A stretch of DNA of 64,000 bases from Lama guanicoe (taxonomy: Eukaryota). The DNA is taken from positions 3,189,567 through 3,253,566 of the forward strand of contig MU053629.1 of NCBI GenBank assembly GCA_013239625.1. Direction: 5' to 3'. This document shows, piece by piece, positions 1-14,100 of the stretch (position 1 is its first letter; each line of letters opens with the position of its first letter). The notes under the pieces were generated by a model that saw only the letters and a program-made list of their open reading frames with translations, searched no databases and was not told the origin of the DNA. The position numbers were made by a program, and so were the translations under genes.

Positions 1-91
1 ACAAGGGCTACTCAACTCCCTACCTACCCTCATCCTTTTTTAAAAATCAGATGCCCTATCTTTTTTACTTTAAAGCATGGTGGTATTCTGA

Positions 92-334
<243 letters not shown>

Positions 335-555
335 TAAGTCTCATAATTTTTCGGTTCTGTGAAATAGGCTGCTAAAGTCAATTTGCTGACTTTTGGTATC
401 GGAAAAATGGTGCTGTTTTGTACTTACTTTTAAGAATTCCAGTATTAGAATTTTAAAATTTATTTAAAAGGGTGCTTAAAAATATATATAATCCATATAC
501 TTAGCTTTTTTTTCTGGTGTTCCCTTCCATCTTATGATTGTTTTCTAATAGTTAA

Positions 556-771
<216 letters not shown>

Positions 772-1705
772 TAGTGATGAGAATTCCATGATATTACAGT
801 GATTCTGTATTTCTTACTGTTAGATCTACAGTTTTGATAACCCTTCGCATGAGGATAATTGGTTACAGTTGTTTCAGAAAGGTAAACATGGACGGTCGGC
901 AAGTTTTGTCGTTTTGAAAGTGTATGATGGCTGTATGACCCTTGCTTACCTTTGAGTTATTAGAACTCCAGTATTTCGAGTTTTTGCTGCCAGACATTGA
1001 AGATAAATTCTGTCGTTCTCTCCTTGTAAGGGGTAGATGAAATCTTTTTATTCTGTGCTTCCTGTCCCTTTTCACATTATGTCTGAGTTTTGCCAAGGCT
1101 GTTCTGTGTGGGTCTGAAAGGTAGTGGCTCAGGGAGTGTCAAGGACCAACAGGGATGTAGCTGCTTAGCAGTGAAAACTTTCCTGGCTTCATGGAGGACC
1201 CACCTCTGTCTTGCTTCCCTACTGGCAGGGGCAGCCTACAGAAGGCAGCATTGCGCATTCTTGACTAGAGAAAGTTGTGACATTCCACTATTGATTGTGC
1301 TGTGAATACAGTTTTTTGTCATGGTCTTTCAGTTTTCCAGGCGAGAAGCTTTATTTCAAACAATATAGTTGTGGAATTCTAAGCCAGTCACATATACCCT
1401 TCCACATTCCTGCCCTAGCTGTGTAGTTCATGAGGGGAAGGACAGTAAGGGATGGAAATAGCTGGGTGTTTGACCAGTTTACTGCATTATGACTAGTGTT
1501 ATTCATTGTTCGTGGTAGTATTTGGATGTAACAAATATTTATGTTAATTAAAGAGGCCAATGACAATGTCTCTCTAATTTTTAATTTACCGAAGTAGAAT
1601 GGTGCTCTTATTACTCAAGAAGTTAGGGAGGTCTTAGGTTTTAGGAAGTTCTGTTATTTTCCTTTTGAGGGCTTGAGTGTATCACATCCCTTGTATTAAA
1701 ATTGA

Positions 1706-1918
<213 letters not shown>

Positions 1919-2792
1919 TGAGAATGACTATCGTTTGAGAGCTGCTATTAGCAAGAGCTGCTTAGACTACAAAATTAGTTAAAGCCCTTGCTTGTGGAGT
2001 TTTGGTCATCCTAATTCATCTGGTTTACAGTGGGAGAAGTACTTTCAAAATAATTTGTTCACTTACTACTTTGGTCCATGCATTCCATACTTGATGATCA
2101 TAAGCACAAAGCAGTGCTTAAATGTACTTTATAGTAAGATAAATATTGAAATTCCATCTATGGAAAAATGAATACCCTTTTGAAATTCAGTAAAGAAAAG
2201 GCATTCTTGGTTCTGCTATATTATAGAAACACCTAGGGGAAAATATATACTTAGAAACCTAAATGAAAAAAGAGAAAAAGTAAAATTCTCCCGTGCTATA
2301 TTGTATAAGAAGCAAAGTGTCACCTGTGGAGAAAATCAGCCAGTGATTACATATTGAAAAATGTAAATAAATAGTGGGAAAGGAACAAAGTTCATGTTCT
2401 GGTATGTGGATGTATAGACCAGGTCAGCCTCAGGGATAGGAAGGCATTTTATTTGTGCTGACTCATATTTACCCTGACTTTATTAGAATGAACAGTTTAT
2501 CTGGAAGTTTAATCTTAATCCTCTAATAAGCACTTCAGTGAGTTTTTAAGTATTTTAAAAATGTATATTACTTTTAAGAGCTCATAATTTAGAGTGTAGT
2601 CTCACTATATAATAGTCTTACTTGGTGTTCTAAAAAGTATATATAGAGGAATGGTTAAATACATGAGTTTCCAATGATGATATAACAAGATTTTCATTCT
2701 TTGTAGCACTTGTATTAGAGGCGCAGATTTTGGCTTTTAAATGTTATCTTATATTACTGTAAAAATGTAGGGAATAAAACTTAGGTTTTCCA

Positions 2793-2920
2793 AGAGCATG
2801 GACTTAGAAGCCTGACTTTGGTTCTAGTCCTGGCTCCTCCACTTATTAATTCGCTCTCTAATCTTAGGCAAGTTACTTAACCTTTCCAGGCCTCAATTTC
2901 CTCATATGTAAAGTAGAAAT
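2793..2920 (+). mobile_element. MIR SINE fragment
   Basis: ggttctagtcctggctcctccactta...ttaggcaagttacttaacc...cctcaatttcctcatatgtaaa matches the MIR core. Confidence 0.8.
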
Positions 2921-3043
2921 ATGTTTTGGGGAGTTCTGTTAATTTCTTTTTGAGAGAGGGCTTGCATTTATAAATACATCGTGGTATGATTTGATTTGAC
3001 TGTTCATGTTGTGTCTTAAAGGTTTTTGTCTCTAGAACCTAAT

Positions 3044-3096
3044 CCACAGAAAAATTGTTTGTCATTGGGATGTCTGTTCTAGACTCCAGAAATGAG
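3044..3096 (+). pseudogene. Decayed intronic duplicate of RAB11A exon 4 (acceptor plus 5' part)
   Basis: ccacag aaaaattgtttgtcatt gggatgtctgttctagactccagaaatgag aligns by eye to exon 4 ccacag aaaagaatggtttgtcattcattgagacatctgctctagactctacaaatgtag, with small deletions. Confidence 0.75.
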
Positions 3097-4509
3097 TACA
3101 TGAGTTCATAAGTGTAAAATATTTAGCTATCCCTGCTACCTAGTGAATGTTTGATAAATTAGTGGCTAAATCGCAGTTAAAGTATGAAAAAAAACTCATT
3201 AAAAGTAAACTATATATTAATGATTTACATACCTATTTTATTAGAGTTCTGTCATCAGAAAAATAGTAAATAAAGGACTGGTGCTAGGGTTGCATTAACA
3301 GTCTTTGGAACATGGTAGTTTTCTTCTAGAATCTTTGTGTCAAGTTTCATTGCAGATTGTTTCAGCAAGCAAGATCTGATTGAATGTGCAGTATGACTGC
3401 AAATCCTATTTTTTTCCTTATAAGCACTTGTGTGGATTCTGTAGTCCGTGTGTTGAATACTGAAGTGAGGCCCAAAAGTTGTAGGTTTTTACTTTTTGTC
3501 ACTTTGCTCCCGTTCCCTGTGTAATAAAGTGAGTGAACGTTTAAGATGTTTGAGTTATAAATCAATCTTCAAAGGCCTCTGATCTTAAGGCCTTTTTTAG
3601 TCAATTCTTTGGTTATTTTTTATGTCTCATCAAGTCTTAGCAAATTCTAGCCTATTCTGATCTCAATTTATAGCCTGTTTATTCGATACTAAGTGAAGAT
3701 GAGCCCAAGTGTTTTCTTCCATCTGCATTCAACTATTTTACGTATCATTTTGTAGCATTGAACATCGACAATTGATCCATTCGAACATGAACTAATCAAT
3801 AGCAGTGATATATGCTTAAATTGAGCTGTTTTGTCCTGAATGATGAAGCACATCTGGCTGTTTCTCTTAAAATTCACTCCAGATTAAACTTTTGTTACTA
3901 CTTAATACTGCTTGAAAGCAAACAAGGCTTGAGCGTCACTCACTGCCATTTTTCCTCTCTGTAGAGTCACTATTTCCTCAGCTTCCTGCATCAATCTCAT
4001 TGTTGATCTGTGGGATCAGAGATCACTGCATATGGCAGCAGACATCTGTGTTTTGCAAGTGTTAGAATGTTTGTTCTAAGCTGTTCTACATACTTATGGA
4101 AATATTAATGCATAGAAAAAACAGGAAATAGAACAGTATTCTTCGTTATGCTTAATTCTACTTTAAATGTTAACAGTATTAAGGGAGCATTAAAATTGTA
4201 TTTTGATGTTGCTGGAAGAAAAAAATAGCTTCCTTTTAAGATGCAAAATTATGTATTAGAAATTTTTTGTTGTTCCTTCAAAGTTAATTGTGTTGCTTAT
4301 TTTAGAATAGACCTATGCTATTCTCAACATCCATGAATTTGACCATAACTCCATGACATGATTTTGCTGACGGTATTTTTTGGAGCTGGTAGTCAGTGCA
4401 TGAGTGAGCCTGATACGTTGCTCAGCCTCTGCATTTCAGTACAGCTTTGTTTTCTTTTATCCTCAAGTTCATTAAGGGATATTAATCCATACTTTACATA
4501 TTCTATAAT

Positions 4510-5250
4510 TTTTTTTCTTTCAGCTTTCAATTTTGGCAAATTCCAGACTTAAAAGATTGCAGTGATAGTACAAAGAATTTGCAAATACCCTTAATCCATA
4601 TTCCATAAATGTTGATCTTTTACCACATTTGCTTTATTCTTTTTCTTCGTCTCTCTAAATATATAAATGGTAATTAGGCTTATTTATTTATCTATTCTTT
4701 TACTGGAGGTACTGGGGATTGAACCCAGGACCTCATGCATGCTAAGCATGCGCTCTACCACTGAGCCATCCTCTCCTCTCTAAATATATAAATAATTCTT
4801 TCCTGCACCATTTGAGAGTGACAGATATTTGCCCATTATACCTAAGTATTTATCAGTGTTTTTTTCCTAAAAGTAAGGGCATAGTCTTTCATAACCATAG
4901 TACAATGATCAAATGATCCAATTATGTCCTTATTAGCAAAAGACAGTCTGGGATCAGATCATGCATTGTATTCAGTTGTCATAGTCTCCTCTAATCTGAA
5001 ATAGTTCTCCAGTCTGTCTTTTGTTTATTGACATTTCTTGGAGGGTACTGGTCAGTTATTTTGTAGTGTCCCTGAATTTGGGTTTGTCTGATGTTTCCTC
5101 ATGGTTCAGTTTAGCTTATACTTTCAGCAGGAATGCCACGAAAAGTGTTCTCAGTCCATCATATCTTTGATATGATTTTGGTTTGTCTTATTCATTACTG
5201 GTGAGGTTAAACTTGGTTAAGATGGTATCTGCAATGTTTCTCTAGGTAAT
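4510..5250 (-). mobile_element. Old L1 (L1M-type) 3' fragment interrupted by a SINE
   Basis: T-rich start then typical L1MC/ME-like motifs (gcattgtattcagttgtc, ggtcagttattttgtag, aatttgggtttgtctgatgtttcctcatg); boundaries approximate. Confidence 0.6.
4669..4775 (-). mobile_element. tRNA-derived SINE (camelid Vic-1-like)
   Basis: Minus strand shows A box (gctcagtggtagagc) and B box (ggttcaatccc) with an A-rich tail; 18-bp TSD ctctctaaatatataaat at 4651-4668 and 4776-4793. Confidence 0.85.
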
Positions 5251-6974
5251 TTATAAATCCAACCCATCTTTTTAGTATGAAGACTTAATTCTTAATTCTT
5301 GATTGAAAGAATTTTAATTTACGGAGCATATTGACTCTTAAAAGTGGGATTGAGTTTTCAGGCATTTTATTACCAAGTAGTGAGAATCTTTTAATTAGGC
5401 ATAGTAGCTTTGTTTTTGGCCTGTGGCAACCTTTTAAATGCATCAGTATGTCAAACCAGAGCATTTTTGACCTTCAAGAAATTTACATTGTGAGAAATGG
5501 ATTTGAAGAAGGTCTAACAAATTCTGACCTAGGCTGTAGTGGAATAACTCAGGCTTCTGCCATTTTCACAATTTTTGGAGGGACTGAAGAACTTTGGCTC
5601 TCTTTGTTCCCCAGTTTGAAACTATTGCATTTAAACTTTCTTAGAATTTACTTTGTAACTTGATGCACACTTCCATTAAAGTAGAAATAGCCATATGTCT
5701 TTTTTATTTAACTTTACCTGATTGTGTTTAAAACTGTCTTATATTAATATTTTACTTTATATTTAGACCTCCTACAAGGGATCATCATATAAGAATGATA
5801 AAGCAGGATTCCTTTTCTTTCTAACATTACTTATCGTTTGGACTTCTTGAAAAGGGACTGCACAGGAATTGGTGTATCGCATACTTTTGGTTCTAAAGGA
5901 GAACATACCCTTGAAGGAGGAAAATATTTGCATCAGATTTTGCAAGTCCTGTTCCTTCCCCCTACTTAAATAGCCTTCTCTAATCAGATATCATCTAGAA
6001 GTTACCTGCTTCCTATTTTCATATCAAAGTTTTTTTTTAAGTGACACACCCAGCCATGAGAGATTTTAGGTAAATTACTTGTGTAGCCTCTTAATGCCTA
6101 TTCTAACTGAAAGAAAAATTTTCTCCTAATTTTCTGGCCAACACTTACCTTTTTCTTTATTGCCTTGGGTGGCATTTTTATTAGCGAACATCTTTTTGGT
6201 GACTGGCATAAATGTAGCAGTAATCCATTTCTATAAAACAGTATGCAGTACTTGCAGGCAGTTTTAAAACACTGCTCAAATTTCTTTGTAATGAGATCTC
6301 TTTAAGTATTTACTTTTGTATGTTCTCTGAGAACTCTGCCTTTTCCTCTCTTTCCTCTTTCAGCATTTGCTTTTCATGTAAGAGCCTGCAAAATATTTTT
6401 TGTTTTGGTTCCCCTAACTCAATATTCAAAACCACTTATAAAGAAGTTAAAATTTGTAGAAGGTCACATTTAATCATTTGCATTTGAAAAAGAAGAGCCA
6501 TCCAGTTTGAGATTAGAGAGAAAACATAAAGAACAAACAATGAATGGTATAGTTTCACAGTAAATTGTTGATTATCTTTACTCCTTTAGCCACTAGGCTC
6601 ATTGAACAACTCTTTCTGTTTACCCTTGACGCTCTTGTCCCTTCCCTTTTCAATGAAAATCTAAATGAAGACTCTATCCTTCATACCCTTTTCTTCTTTT
6701 TGAACTCTAGTCAGTAGCCTTTCTTTATTGTAATCTAATTTTTTCTCTTGGTATTTCTTCACCTTTGAACTCCTGTCAGCCTTCTCAAACATAAATTTCA
6801 GCACTCTGCCCCCTCTCTCCACAACGTAAGGTGTAAGAAAAGGTACACTAGCTGTCAGTGTTTCTGTTAGTTTGCATATTCAGTTGATTTCAACTTGCTG
6901 TTGTTCACCTTTAGGGAGCTTCGTTCTTAATTTGGAGAAAATATTAATTTAGTTAATACATGTCTTTTTCTTTA

Positions 6975-8100
6975 ACTCTTTAGGGAAAGTTTCCAACATA
7001 CCAAAAGTAGGATAGTATCATAAACTCCTGTTTAGCCACCAGCAAGCATCAGTTCAGGGCCAGTGTCTTCCTCTATTTACTCCTTCCCCCCATTATTTTG
7101 AAACAAATCCCAGCTATTACATCATTTCATTTGTACACATTTCATGATGTATATCTAAAGGGTAGGACTTAAACCTGTAGCAACAAAACCACTTAAAAGT
7201 TGGCAGTAATACCTTATTGTCCTCTGTTATCTAAACAATATTAAATTTTCTTGTCTCAAATTTTTACAGTTCAGCTTAGAATCCAAATGATGTTGATAAC
7301 ATTGCATTTGGTTGCTCTGTTCTTGGAGCATTTTGGAAATACAATTTCACTTTCTCTTTTTTTAACCCCATAACTTTATATTTTAAAATTTTTCAAATGT
7401 CACAGAAACAGTACAGTGAATACCCATGTATCCTTCACCTAAAATTCTGTTATTAACATTCTGCCACATTTGGTTTATTTCTACATGAGTAAATATACTC
7501 TTTCCTCTTTGCTCAGTCTTTGGAAAGTGAATTGTAGATATTGTGGCAGTTTACTACTAAATACTTGAGCATTTTATCTCCTCAGAATAAGACATTCTTC
7601 TACCTAATCACATTACTGTATATCATATCCAAGAACTTTAAGTTTTTACAGTATTATTTAATGTGCAGTTCATGTACAGATTTCTCCAAGTATGCGCAAT
7701 GTCCTTTATAGATTGGATTTTTAAAGTTTTAAGACTAGGATCTGGTCAAGGAAAACACATTGCATTGATGGAATTGTTACATATCTGGATAGTGTACAGA
7801 GTAGCCGCTGGCCATGGGTTGTTATTGAGCACTTGAAATATGGCTACTAGATGGGAGAATTGGATTTTAAATTTTATTTAATACAAGTAGGTGGGCTATA
7901 GCCCACATCTAAAGCATTTATTCCCATCTTTTCAATGTATTTTGTGACAGTAACTTTTTTGAGGAGTCTTGGCCAGTTGTCTGGTAGAATGTCCCTCAAC
8001 CTGGATTTACCTAATTGTTTCCTCATGATAAATTCATTTTAAGTGTTTTCCATGTCATTCATAGGAATACATTGTATTGTTCATAGTATATCATAATAGG
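6975..8100 (-). mobile_element. Cluster of old L1M 3' fragments
   Basis: Motifs such as attattttgaaacaaatccc, ttaacattctgccacatttg and ggccagttgtctggtagaatgtccc; boundaries approximate. Confidence 0.5.
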
Positions 8101-8362
8101 GATTTATCCCATTTTTTAGAATTCCCTTTTTGAGGCTGTTTTGGAGGGAGCACTGTGAGGACAAAGATAGATAAGATACATTCTTTGTAAGGAGTTTATA
8201 TAGTCAGAGGGAAGTACTTTTAGGCATTGCAATTTAAGACCAATTAAAATATATTAAATAAAGATACTTGCTGTAGAGGAATTTAATAACATTTATTTAC
8301 ATACTTAGTTATTTATCAAACCCCTACTCTATGCTGTAGATACAGTTTTGGTCCTTATAGTT

Positions 8363-8815
8363 TGTCGACTGAAAAAAAAAGTGCAAACCTAAAAGTTGAG
8401 AATTATGTTTTATTCAGCCAACTTGCTGAAGGGCTTAAGCCTGGGAGGCAGCCTCTCACATAGCTCTGAGGGTCTATTCCAAGGAGGTAAGGGAGGAGCC
8501 AGGATATGTAGGAGTTTTTGTAACAAAAAACCAGGTAGTCTGGAACATCAAAGGATTCCTGATAGTTGAAGAAAACCAGACATCTCTACGCCAGTTGAGT
8601 TTAGTGCTTTGAGATGTTTGGGAAGATGCAAAAGTCTGGGCTCGTGGAAACCATTCCTTTGATGTGCACCTTTACTATGGAGGACTAGGATCCTGTTCTT
8701 CATCCTGAGTCCCCTCAGGGTGCACTGTTGGGTTGAGGGTGCTGCAGTGGCTGATGACTTGATGGCCCCAGCATTCTTGGTTTACTGATAAAGCAGGCAG
8801 CATTTCTCACTCACA
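8363..8815 (-). mobile_element. ERV1-class solo LTR (resembles artiodactyl MER41-like LTRs)
   Basis: About 450 bp bounded by TG...CA; AATAAA on the minus strand near 8408; GC-richer than flanks; no clear TSD; family name from memory. Confidence 0.7.
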
Positions 8816-9402
8816 GGCATGTAGTGCAAGAGGTAGATGCTTAACAATTAGTTCTGATAAGTGTCATAGAAAATCTTAAGTTGCCTGTTTGAGTAGTTAT
8901 TTAATTACAATTTAACTTTATTTCAAGAAGCACTGATAATTAGTATCTTTCCCTCCTTTTCCAAGAGTCCTTTGGGATTTTGACTGGTTTATGAAATTGT
9001 ATCCTTCTCTACATAGCCAACAGAAATTCCTAATGTGATTGATCGTGCAAATTTATTTTTATTTTTCTGTGGTACAATGTCGGTGTATGTAGGTTTTTTG
9101 ATAAGGGTAGACTGAAAATACTCTCATAGTTTAATTTAGATCTAAGTCCATAAACTATGTGTAATCTCTTTAAAACAAGATTCAATTAACTGATTGGTGA
9201 ACCTTTCACTCTGAAATGGAAAACCTGTATTTCCCTTCTTATCCTAAGGGAAATTGTTAAAATAATCGGTTGACTCTAATGAGTCACTGTTTGAAAATAA
9301 AACTTATGAGTATATGTGTTGTTTGCTTAGGTTATTGGCTTTTTTTTTTGGCCGATATAACTTCTGTGTATCTTTCACTATTGATGGGTCTTTTCACACT
9401 GA

Positions 9403-9570
<168 letters not shown>

Positions 9571-9792
9571 GGCGTTTCTCTTCTCCCCTAGAAGGCTGTG
9601 TATAGTCCAATTCCCAGGTCTGAGATTTAAATATATTTGTAATTCTTGTGGTCACTTTTGTGTTTTATTACTTCCTCATACTTACAGATTTTTCCATGTC
9701 TTAAGTCTTTTGATTTTAGCTTTATAAAATCATCCACTTGTCCCGAATGACTGCAGCTTTTTTTTGTGCTATGGCTTCACTAGCCTTAGTTT

Positions 9793-9798
9793 AATAAA
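9793..9798 (+). terminator. RAB11A: RAB11A proximal poly(A) signal
   Basis: AATAAA about 220 nt after the stop, followed by U-rich sequence (ttattgtttacttttc). Confidence 0.6.
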
Positions 9799-11163
9799 CT
9801 GAATGTTTGGATTCCTCAATTATTGTTTACTTTTCATCATGGAAGCTGTCACTGTAGGACATAATATAAACTTGATCCCTTGAAGCTCAGGCCTATTGGT
9901 CTTGACTAAATCAAACTAAGAAGACTAGAAATAAGCTATTATTTTGCCACAGAGCAGCGTATAAATTAATACACTCTTCTCTCAGTGCAGTGTATATTTC
10001 CATAAATCGAAGAATTGCCCTATAAACATAGCAGAATTTTGAGAGCTTGAAAATTTTCCATTATTCTGGAAGTCAATTTCTAAAATGCCTTAATAGGGTT
10101 ATGTAGTTTAGTAAATTTTGTTTTTTAATTTTTGTAAACATCAAAGTTGATTAGATGGGGGGCACTTTTTTCTGGACAAGAATTATCTTAATAAACATAA
10201 AAGACTGATGATTTCAGTAGCAGTATGGTTATGGGGCCATATGTTGAACAATGCTGCCTGGCAGGCTGGGAATTGGAGAGACTGGTGGAGTTCCATCTGA
10301 GGTGCCTCTGTTACATTGATCAGGCAGCCCAAGTCATTTAACTTACCTAATTTCCCAGCAGTAGATTGTGTGGCATTTTATTGCTCAGGCAATAACTGGT
10401 TTAATGCTCTTAGTATCAGATTGTGAAGTGTTAATTTTGTCTTAAAACCTTCCAGTAAGTGAAATGCAACCTAGTTTTCTCACCATATCCACCAGCAGGC
10501 ATGGATAATTGTTTTAACAGTGCTGATTTTTGAGTTTTGTGGTATGTTATGGAATATAGTCCAGTTAAGTATTTGGTTTCAGTATGTCTGAAGAATACAA
10601 TGAGAGGTTAATTTCTGCTCAAGTAATACCACTTAAAGGCATGTATTCTTTTAGTACATAAGATGAAATAGTACCTTGAGTTTAAATAGAGTGCATTTAG
10701 GCATTGTACAAACCTGAAAGTTTTCTTCCACTACATTATTGAAATCATTGGAGCAACTCATTTCTCATTCAGAAATGTGCACACTAATATTTAGTTTTAT
10801 TTTCTTGTGGATAATATTAAGCACTTAACTCTGCAGTGTTCTGAAAGTTGTGTCAACTGAAGTGATACTATTCAGGATGATGGAATATCCCCAAAATATA
10901 CATATGTGTGTGGGCTTGCATAGATTACTATGTTTCATAGTTAATCTTCTGTCTTTTGCGGTGCTCATGACGTGTGGGGTGCACGCACGGAAGGCATTGC
11001 TGTGGTTCGTCATTTGAGTTTTCTTCTGTAGCCATTTTATTATTTTAGTATATTGGTTATGAAGATACTATTATCTGTTTGTAAATCCCTACTTTGTATT
11101 TTATGCATGCTCTGTAACTTAATTTTTTTTTTTAGTTACTGATTTGGAATATATTCACGTTCT

Positions 11164-11169
11164 AATAAA
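11164..11169 (+). terminator. RAB11A: RAB11A distal poly(A) signal
   Basis: AATAAA with upstream TGTA motifs and U-runs, and downstream tgttctttatgttgtc. Confidence 0.75.
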
Positions 11170-14100
11170 CAGTTATAGGGGGACTGTTCTTTATGTTGTC
11201 AGATGATATTTTTCCTTTGAGTGCTTTGGATGCTGCCGTGGAATACTTGATTCTGATGAGGAAGAGCATAGGGCCTTGGGTTGTAGAGTAAATAATTGAA
11301 TTGGAGGCATCATTGTGTGAATTCAGCTTTGATTTTAGGCATGTAGTTCAATTATGCTGTTCTTGGAAAAAGTATTACCAAAAACATGAGGAAAGTAATC
11401 TCTATTTGATATGTAGCAGTGTCACCAGCCCCAGGCAGAGGTTCCACCCCTAATTGACTCAATATCGGTAGTAAATTTTTTACAAAATTATTTAAGAGAA
11501 GGTAAAACTAGGTAGTGAATTGAAAGTGAATAAAGTAACTTTGAATTTTTATCAAATGTAGGCTTAATGTTGCCTTGGGCATAGTTGGATCTTGGGAGAA
11601 TTCCAAGAAGTAGTAGTAGTAGAAAGTGAATTTGATTGCATTTCAACAAGTGTCTTCATTCTGAATAGTATCTCTGGACACAGACTCTCTGAAGTTAAGA
11701 GACATTAAGTTTTCAAATATGACAATTTAAGGCTCAAGGCAGTTTAGAACTATTTTGCTTTGTGATTTTGCCTTTTAGTTATTTTAACTTTTGCATTTAA
11801 AAAAAAAAAAAAACTTGTCCTGAAAAATCAGTTAGCCGTCTTGACTTGATTTAAACTTGTATCTCATTGTTCTCAAATGCTATTTATGATTTCTCTCTAA
11901 TAGTAGTTGTTACTCTGTAGGGGTAAGTTTCTTAGCCATTGCATTGAGTATGCTAGATTCTAAAGAGTGGTAGCTGGTGACTTAGGCCAGAGGGTTCTGC
12001 AGAAAGTTAGACTTCTTAAGAGTTTGGATTGCCCACCAGAGTTAGTCATACTTATTTCATCATTGGGGAAATAAACATCTTAGTTTTTGTTGTCAGTGAC
12101 TTGTATTTACAAAATACAAATGGTTTCCATGGTTCAAGCTATTGTGATCATCTCTTCCACATACTTTAAAGAGAAAAAAACTACTATTTAAGACAATTTT
12201 GGCCAACATCAGAAGCAGAATAATTCAAAGGCTGGGTGGATAATTAAACACTTATTGCAACCTGTTAGGTTTCAATTTAAGGAGCTTTTTTTAAATTATT
12301 AAACAAAGGCAAAAAATGGAGGTTGGTTTTCTGATGTCTCACGAACATAAGCCTGAAAAAAAATTTTTTTCAAAACAAAGTATGAATGTTGCATGAGGAC
12401 TGTGCATAAGGATATCCATTCCCCAGGTGAAAAAAAATGAACAAAGACCACGAAAGGGCCTTCTTTGACCACAGCATTTAGTGGGTTAGCGTGACAGTCA
12501 GACTAGTGCTAAAGAGACGACTGCTGATTTTGTTCTGGTTGGGGCAGTGCTGGTGCTGCATCCCTTTATGGGATTTGATGGCATCTTTTCCACTCCCCTG
12601 TACAATATGCCAAATAAACTGGAGTTGTCATTCTAATGTTTTATTAAAGAATGTTCGCGCCCCCCCCCAAACTGTAGGTGCTGATGGTAACAATAAAATA
12701 ATACAAAATACTAATGTCATCACGATTTATGTAAGGGAGACCATTAGGATTAGGCCGAGAGAGAATTTTAATTGAAGTATCCATTTTCCTGAAAACTGAT
12801 TGGAGGATAGAGAAATATTTTAAAGGAAGTTGGTACTAGGAATATATTAGAAGTATGCTGAACTCCGTGTTAAAAGACTGAAAGGGGCAGGTATAATAGA
12901 GCGCTGGACTAGGTGACAAAGATGTGGATTCTAGGCACAGCTCTTCTAGTCATCTTTGAGCCTCACTTTCTTCCAGTTAATGAGGGGACTAGATTAGTCA
13001 TTTCTGGGGTTTACCCCAGCTTTAATTGAATAATTCTATGAATGAACACTTTCTTCAGGTACTAGAGCCAAATTATTATACATTCTAACTAAAATTTAAT
13101 AGAAAGTAAAAATCAGGTATGTACTTTGCAAGATGTTTTTGGTCTTAACAGTAACTTGATTAAAATGCTATCTTTATTTCCCTATTAACACCATTAAGTA
13201 AAATGAAAACTTTCAGTACATTTGCAAAACTGCCATCAGTTTCAAAAATATGCATCAAAGTGTACCATATATACTAGGAGGGAGGAGCACTCAAGGGGCT
13301 GCCCTGTCAACTATGAGCCGAGAACAGCTTGTGTTTTGGCTTTTACTGTTAAAAGAAAATTCTGTCGGCTTTTAAGATATACTTTAAGATATATTCACGC
13401 ATGGGAGAGAGAACTTTAAAATACATTTTGTGTTTAGCTTTTTTTTTTTTTTAATTGTCTCTAAGAGGAATCTACTGTGAGGTGGTCAGTCCGGGGACGG
13501 ATTCCACCAATAGAACCAATCATTAATTCCAAGTGTATAGATTTATATTTGGCTATTAATACAGTAATCTAATTATTAGTAGTCTAAACATTTGAATTCA
13601 ATTATTTAACATTATTAAGCATGGGATTGGTAGGTCCTGGCATGGATGTCATGTATATTGGCTATTTTCACTACTGTGTAATCAGTCCCTGTGATGGTGG
13701 TAAAAATTAATAACTAACAGAATTCCTTTCCTGTGTTTGAGTCACTGAAACTTAACCTTGCCCCAAACCACAGAAACTCAGACCTTGTTATCAGCATCCT
13801 AATGAGTAAGTGTACTGTTTTTAGCACTCATTGTCAAGGCTCTGGAGGGCTAGAAAATGGCTTGGGAGGCAGAAACTGGAATGAGGAGATAATCTGACAA
13901 CTGTTGATACAGACCAGAGCTTCTACCTTCTGTGGGTTTGGATTGGACAACTGCTCAGTCTTCCTAGCTCTGCAAGTCAGGGAAGAAAATGTATAATCAC
14001 CACCCCATTGATCACCAGGGCCCTCCATTTATCCCTGCCCATTTGTAACTGCTACGTAGTAAAATGCATAAGGGGAGGGAAAGTGCTTTGTTCATAGTTG

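Larger units (their letters stand above)
9571..11190 (+). other. RAB11A: RAB11A 3' UTR (to the likely main poly(A) site; may extend further)
   Basis: Follows the stop codon; AU-rich; ends at AATAAA 11164 with a downstream GU/U-rich tract. Confidence 0.75.

Noticed and set aside
4669..4775. tRNA genes here and at 17449-17597 and 59427-59567
   Set aside because: They have A and B boxes but also A-rich tails and target-site duplications, so they are tRNA-derived SINEs
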